IMG/VR virus record: IMGVR_UViG_3300029913_000012
Coordinates: 1-64,000 of that record
Length of the DNA: 64,000 nt
Source: a virus
Lineage: Duplodnaviria; Caudoviricetes
Strand: one strand, 5' to 3'
Positions 59,618-64,000 of the stretch are shown here, piece by piece. Numbering within the stretch: position 1 is the stretch's first letter; every line of letters begins with the position of its first letter. A program made the translations under genes and the position numbers. Below the pieces are notes generated by a model, which did not search any database, was not told the origin of the DNA, and saw only the letters and a list, made by a program, of their open reading frames with translations.

Positions 59618-59650
59618 AAAAAAGCAGAATTTTAAATTCTGCTTTTTTTT
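59618..59650. terminator. bidirectional terminator
   Basis: AAAAAGCAGAATTT...AAATTCTGCTTTTT. Confidence 0.75.
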
Positions 59651-60120
59651 ATTATATTAGTTGTTGAATAACCTTTTACTAAATCAATTATTTTAACTTC
59701 ACCACCTCTTTCTATTACAAAATCATAACCAACAATGTCTTCTTTTTTATAATCACCTCCTTTTACTAATACATCAGGTTTTATGTTTTCAATTAGATTT
59801 AATGGAGTATCTTCATCAAAATATATTACTGCATCTACAAATAGCAATGCAGATAAAATGAATGCTCTTGAATTTTGATTATTTATTGGCCTTGTTTCTC
59901 CTTTTAATCTCTTCACTGAATTATCAGAATTTAATCCAACAATCAAAATATCTCCTAAATCTTTTGATTTTGATAAATATTCTACATGTCCTTTATGCAA
60001 AATATCAAAACAACCATTTGTAAATACAATTTTTTTATTTTCTAATCTCCAAATATTTAACTGTTTATTAATGGTTATATCATCATAAAATTTAGTTTTT
60101 ATATAATCTATATTCGTCAT
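59632..60120 (-). CDS. rfaE2: D-glycero-beta-D-manno-heptose 1-phosphate adenylyltransferase
   Basis: VFTNGCFDILHKGH, GLNSDNSVKRLKGETRP, EDTP, KGGDY, GYSTT. Confidence 0.93.
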   Translation of the reverse strand: MTNIDYIKTKFYDDITINKQLNIWRLENKKIVFTNGCFDILHKGHVEYLSKSKDLGDILIVGLNSDNSVKRLKGETRPINNQNSRAFILSALLFVDAVIYFDEDTPLNLIENIKPDVLVKGGDYKKEDIVGYDFVIERGGEVKIIDLVKGYSTTNIIKKSRI

Positions 60121-60150
60121 CTATAAATTTATTTTTATTATATATTATTT

Positions 60151-60351
60151 TTATTTACTTAGTTTGATAATTTTTAATTTCCTTTCATCAATAAATTGTT
60201 TATCAAAATGTATTTTATCATATCCATATCTTACATTATTTTTAATAACAAAATATTGTTCATCAGTTTTAAAATAATCATAAATATTATTAATTTTAAA
60301 TCCATAACTAAAATTATCATGATTTTGTTGTATACATATTACTTTATTCAT
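60151..60351 (-). CDS. small paralog 3 of a tandem trio
   Basis: KVICI...F.DERKLKI. Confidence 0.6.
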   Translation of the reverse strand: MNKVICIQQNHDNFSYGFKINNIYDYFKTDEQYFVIKNNVRYGYDKIHFDKQFIDERKLKIIKLSK

Positions 60352-60577
60352 TTATATTTTCTATTTTTTCAATATTTAATAATTTAAATTTTCTTTCATT
60401 CATAAAATATTTTTTAAATTCCATAACACCAAACACACAACTAGCATCATAGTTATCTGATACAACATAACTCTTTAAATTATTTGAGTAATAATAGTTA
60501 TAACTAACATACAAAGTATAATAATCTGATTCAATAAACTTTATATCTATATTTTTAATATTAACAACTTTTTTCAT
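60344..60577 (-). CDS. small paralog 2 of a tandem trio
   Basis: KKVVNIK...EFKKYFMNERKFKLLNI. Confidence 0.6.
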   Translation of the reverse strand: MKKVVNIKNIDIKFIESDYYTLYVSYNYYYSNNLKSYVVSDNYDASCVFGVMEFKKYFMNERKFKLLNIEKIENINE

Positions 60578-60794
60578 TTAATAATTTTTTAATATTTAAT
60601 AATTTGAATTTTCTTTCATTCATAAAACATTTTTTAAATTCATGCTCTTCAAATGAGAACATAAAATATTTTTTATTAATGACAATAAAATAATTATCAA
60701 AATGAGACGATGACCAATAATCATATTTTTCATTTAAATTAAAATGATCAATATTATTAATGTTTGGAATTTTAATGCAAACAACTTTTTTTAT
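60561..60794 (-). CDS. small paralog 1 of a tandem trio (not in ORF track; ATA start)
   Basis: Hand translation: (I)KKVVCIKIPN...EFKKCFMNERKFKLLNIKK. Confidence 0.6.
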   Translation of the reverse strand: MKKVVCIKIPNINNIDHFNLNEKYDYWSSSHFDNYFIVINKKYFMFSFEEHEFKKCFMNERKFKLLNIKKLLNEKSC

Positions 60795-61018
60795 ATATAC
60801 TTTTTCCTGAATTGTGCGGATATATTAAAAATGTTATTATTGAAACCATAATTCAATAATTTATTTTAATATACAAAGGTAATAATAATATGTCATAAAA
60901 TCAGCAAAAAACAGAAATATAATACAAATTAATAATGATTAACATATTTTTTAATGATATTAATTTTTTATTCAAAAATAATGAATTATCTTTGTTGAAT
61001 ATTAAAAATATAAGAATA

Positions 61019-61345
61019 ATGGCAAATAAAAAGGATATGATAGAAACAACTCGGTTTTATTTCGATGTAGATGACATAACAATATTAGAAGAAAAAATTG
61101 TAGTAGAGTACTCCCTATCTAAAATTATACGTAGTTTTGAAGATATGGTATCATCGTATAAAGAATTGTTGAAAGAATCCAGTATGGATAAAGAACATTA
61201 TCCACCTGAAAATGAGCTTGTAATATGGTATAAATCATCTCTAAGGGAAGGAAAAGCTGAATGCCAATCTATATTGAAAGATTTGGTAAAAGAGAAAGAA
61301 TATGAAAATCAAGGATTAAATCCTCCTTTTTGCTACAAATATTAA
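61019..61345 (+). CDS. hypothetical protein (start revised to MANKKD)
   Basis: TAnnTTTG box at 60987 lies inside the longer ORF call. Confidence 0.55.
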   Translation: MANKKDMIETTRFYFDVDDITILEEKIVVEYSLSKIIRSFEDMVSSYKELLKESSMDKEHYPPENELVIWYKSSLREGKAECQSILKDLVKEKEYENQGLNPPFCYKY

Positions 61346-61353
61346 AAATAATT

Positions 61354-61548
61354 ATGAAAAAAGAACTAACTATTACAGTAGAAATTGATAAGTTTAAAAT
61401 AAAAACTAGTCCAGAGTTAGAAGATTGGAATTCTTCATCAGATGTAGATAGAATAGAATATATTAAAAATGAAGTTCAAGAATATTTAATTCTAAATATG
61501 AATGAAATTATTTATAATTTGATAAAAAATAATAAAATTCATATCTAA
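61354..61548 (+). CDS. hypothetical protein
   Basis: Internal ATG (MKKELT) of ORF 61330. Confidence 0.5.
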   Translation: MKKELTITVEIDKFKIKTSPELEDWNSSSDVDRIEYIKNEVQEYLILNMNEIIYNLIKNNKIHI

Positions 61549-61554
61549 TTAAAT

Positions 61555-61923
61555 ATGAATATTCTAAAAATATTTATTAAATCATTTTATACTTATGTTT
61601 TTACTGTTGATAAAAAAATTATCAATAATTGTAAAGTAAGAAATAGTAAAAAAGATCACATTAGAAGTAGATTATATATTATATTACCTTTGATTATATT
61701 TTTAGGTATTATATGTATTAGTTATATAGGAGAAACATTTACATTATTTAATATTTTTAGAACTTTTTTATTTTTTCTTGTATTTAGAATAATTGCTAAA
61801 GAATTTACTGACTATATTATTGTAATATTTTTTTATAAATCATCCTATAAATATACATTAAAAGATGCTAGAAAAAGAAAAATCAAAAGACTTAATAGAC
61901 TTAAATATAAAATATTAAAATGA
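61555..61923 (+). CDS. membrane protein with R-x-x-K tag
   Basis: Two hydrophobic segments; DARKRKIKRL. Confidence 0.6.
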   Translation: MNILKIFIKSFYTYVFTVDKKIINNCKVRNSKKDHIRSRLYIILPLIIFLGIICISYIGETFTLFNIFRTFLFFLVFRIIAKEFTDYIIVIFFYKSSYKYTLKDARKRKIKRLNRLKYKILK

Positions 61924-62132
61924 AAGAATATTATGATGTTTATACATTTGGTACATTAAATGATTGCCATCATTTGAAAGGAGTCAAAATTAGTAGCCTC
62001 TATTGTACCCATGATTGTGAATTTTGCTCAAATCTTAAATATGTTAATAATAGAAATTCATTCACGTGTAATTATATAGAAATGAAAAGAAAAGAAAAAT
62101 TAGAAAAATTGAAAGCATATGAAAAAAGATAG
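61920..62132 (+). CDS. Cys-rich small protein with R-x-x-KL tag
   Basis: C..C.FC; KRKEKLEKL. Confidence 0.55.
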   Translation: MKEYYDVYTFGTLNDCHHLKGVKISSLYCTHDCEFCSNLKYVNNRNSFTCNYIEMKRKEKLEKLKAYEKR

Positions 62133-62382
62133 AATAAAAGAATATCAAGACTCAGAAAATAAAGAAATAATAGATAGAACATATAACAATTATTTTTCTG
62201 ATAATACACAAAAAAATGATAAATATTATAAAGAAGTATTTATTGATCAAATTGAGATGACAGCTACATGTAGCATAGTATATAATAATTGTGATTTGAA
62301 TGATTGGATAGAAAAATTTAAAGATGAAAAAGAAGTTTTAGAAAAACTTAAAAATATATCAGTGGTTTATAATGAGAGATAA
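62119..62382 (+). CDS. hypothetical protein
   Basis: Coupled ORF. Confidence 0.5.
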   Translation: MKKDRIKEYQDSENKEIIDRTYNNYFSDNTQKNDKYYKEVFIDQIEMTATCSIVYNNCDLNDWIEKFKDEKEVLEKLKNISVVYNER

Positions 62383-62605
62383 AAATTTAGAATGGATTAC
62401 AGCAAATGGTATATCTAGAAAAATAATAAATATGAAAAATAATCATTTATGTAACGCATTATCACAAATGAAAAAAAGAGAAACATCTTTTAAAACTATG
62501 TATGGTAAAGAAAGAATAGATGAATATTTATATAATTTTGAGCAAGAGATAAGGTATAGAAAATTAAATATGTTAAAAAAAGAAGATCCAGAAAATTTAT
62601 TTTAA
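62372..62605 (+). CDS. hypothetical phage protein with tag
   Basis: WITANG...I..M...HL.N; EIRYRKLNML. Confidence 0.6.
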   Translation: MRDKNLEWITANGISRKIINMKNNHLCNALSQMKKRETSFKTMYGKERIDEYLYNFEQEIRYRKLNMLKKEDPENLF

Positions 62606-62623
62606 TCATTAAAAAAACTAAAA

Positions 62624-62929
62624 ATGGAAAAAATTAATTTAAGAACAATTCTTGAAAAACATCTAAATTCAATCATATTGAAAAATGATGTTATCAATGA
62701 CTGTAATGTAGATTTGATTTTAGATGCTATGCAAGAAGCTTGTGAAGAATCTCTTGATGCTGGTTCAAATTCAGCTGTATTATCAGGATTCAATTCAGAA
62801 ACAAATAAAGAATTGTACACATCTGGCTTAGAATATTTACATATTAGAAATTCTGACTCTAATGATGAATATTGGACAGTTGATAATAATTCTATTCTTA
62901 ACGTAAAAAATAACATAATAAGAAAATAA
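62624..62929 (+). CDS. hypothetical protein
   Basis: ORF in operon. Confidence 0.55.
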   Translation: MEKINLRTILEKHLNSIILKNDVINDCNVDLILDAMQEACEESLDAGSNSAVLSGFNSETNKELYTSGLEYLHIRNSDSNDEYWTVDNNSILNVKNNIIRK

Positions 62930-63390
62930 TGACAAACTGGGAACATCATAAAATGACTAACGATGAACTTAAAGAACTCGTTAAAAATGTATTTGATTGT
63001 AAAATATTCACATCTCTTCAATGTAGCCAAAGTGACTTGATGATGATTTTTATGCCTTTTATATTTTTAGGATCTGCTCCAACTATTCCTGATTTAACAG
63101 GAAAAATAAAAATTGATAGAAAAAATAAACTTAACTATCTGGATGAATGTACTGAATATAAAAATAATACTCACAAACGTGAAGAATATTTAAGAACAAT
63201 AGGTATGCTTTATGAAAGCTATAGTCAAGCAGGACCAAGAAGTGTTAATGGATATCCATGTTTTTTTAGTTGTAAAATTATTTCAATTGAAGATACTAAT
63301 AGATTCAAAGAAATGTACGGAAAATATGAAGAAATGAGAACTCAATTTGAAAGTGAATGGGGTAAAGAAGATGTGAAAACTAATATATGA
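62929..63390 (+). CDS. hypothetical phage protein
   Basis: IFMP...GMLYE...AGPRSVNGYP.FFS; internal DRKNKL. Confidence 0.6.
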   Translation: MTNWEHHKMTNDELKELVKNVFDCKIFTSLQCSQSDLMMIFMPFIFLGSAPTIPDLTGKIKIDRKNKLNYLDECTEYKNNTHKREEYLRTIGMLYESYSQAGPRSVNGYPCFFSCKIISIEDTNRFKEMYGKYEEMRTQFESEWGKEDVKTNI

Positions 63391-63632
63391 TAGACTACGG
63401 AATGCCTTTATAAAATGCGGAAAAACTTGCAGTTGATATTAAAGCTTACAGAAAATATTTTAGTGATTCACAATATAATGAAGAAGATAATGATGATACT
63501 ATTTATATCATAGATTTTGATAATAAATTATCATTTAATGAATGACATGGTTCTCAAGAACATCAAAGATATGTTAATATATTAATTAGAAAGAAAAAAC
63601 TTGAAAAATTAAACAAAAAAGCTGATATTTAA
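63387..63632 (+). pseudogene. small gene with two in-frame stops
   Basis: MIDYGMPL*NAEKLAVD...SFNE*HGSQEHQRYVNILIRKKKLEKLNKKADI; one continuous frame ending in the shared tag. Confidence 0.6.
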
Positions 63633-63793
63633 TCAGCTTTTTTTATATCTTTTTCTATTAAATATTCAATATATTCAGATTTACTCATTTTAATTTTTTC
63701 TAAATATTTATCTAAATTTTTATTTATTTCTATATCTAATGTTATACCAATAGATTTTTTATTTGATTTTATTTTAAATTTTTCAAATGACAT
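63629..63793 (-). CDS. ribbon-helix-helix protein (54 aa, not in ORF track)
   Basis: KKSIGITLDIEINKNLDKYLEKIKMSKSEYIEYLI. Confidence 0.65.
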   Translation of the reverse strand: MSFEKFKIKSNKKSIGITLDIEINKNLDKYLEKIKMSKSEYIEYLIEKDIKKAD

Positions 63794-63906
63794 AATAGAT
63801 TTTTATTATTTATAATAAAAATCTATTTTTTTGTTTAAAATAATTTATTAAATATCAAAACATAACCTTACTTTATTTATATATACCCTTAAAGAATAAA
63901 TAATAT

Positions 63907-64000
63907 ATGAAAAAAATAACGACAAAAGAAAAATTATCAGTGTGCTTAAGTGAAAATATCAGAGAATATCTGAACAATAATATCAACAATATATCAAAAT
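63907..64000 (+). CDS. RHH-like protein, truncated by the window end
   Basis: MKKITTKEKLSVCLSENIREYLNNNINNISK. Confidence 0.45.
   Translation, partial: MKKITTKEKLSVCLSENIREYLNNNINNISK

Noticed and set aside
60371-60641. Diversity-generating retroelement TR/VR pair
   Set aside because: Only two mismatches, not consistently at adenines on one strand, and no reverse transcriptase in the window
5724-63030. Short antisense or overlapping ORFs in the track (e.g. 5724, 6241, 10539, 18620, 19703, 40271, 45573, 45661, 49168, 62602)
   Set aside because: Shadows of well-supported genes on the other strand or frame, with low-complexity or implausible composition
63387-63632. Stop-codon reassignment (in-frame TGA at a Trp-like position)
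   Set aside because: The same frame also has a TAA; long core genes are intact in the standard code and TGA/TAG terminate other genes

Overview
A 64 kb segment of a very AT-rich jumbo myophage with T4-like gene content, read in the standard genetic code. A Bacteroidota host is likely, from TAnnTTTG promoter boxes and no Shine-Dalgarno sites seen. It contains head and packaging genes (split terminase, major capsid protein, protease-scaffold fusion, portal, gp2-, gp4- and gp15-like genes), baseplate genes and a gp55-like late sigma factor. It also contains replication genes (clamp, clamp loader, RNase H-like nuclease), a ten-gene glycosylation cluster, an ADP-heptose adenylyltransferase and about nine free-standing homing-endonuclease-like genes. 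The main points of interest are: (1) the terminase is fractured by an atypically split intein whose halves lie about 4.5 kb apart and carry extra helices; (2) a second, miniature and apparently catalytically dead protease-plus-capsid gene pair; (3) three recurring short peptide tags on unrelated small proteins; (4) an endonuclease fused to a Mom-like DNA-modifying domain; (5) an IS607/TnpB-like right end interrupting a NUDIX gene; (6) three distinct promoter classes. All family calls come from motif recognition by eye; no database searches were run.
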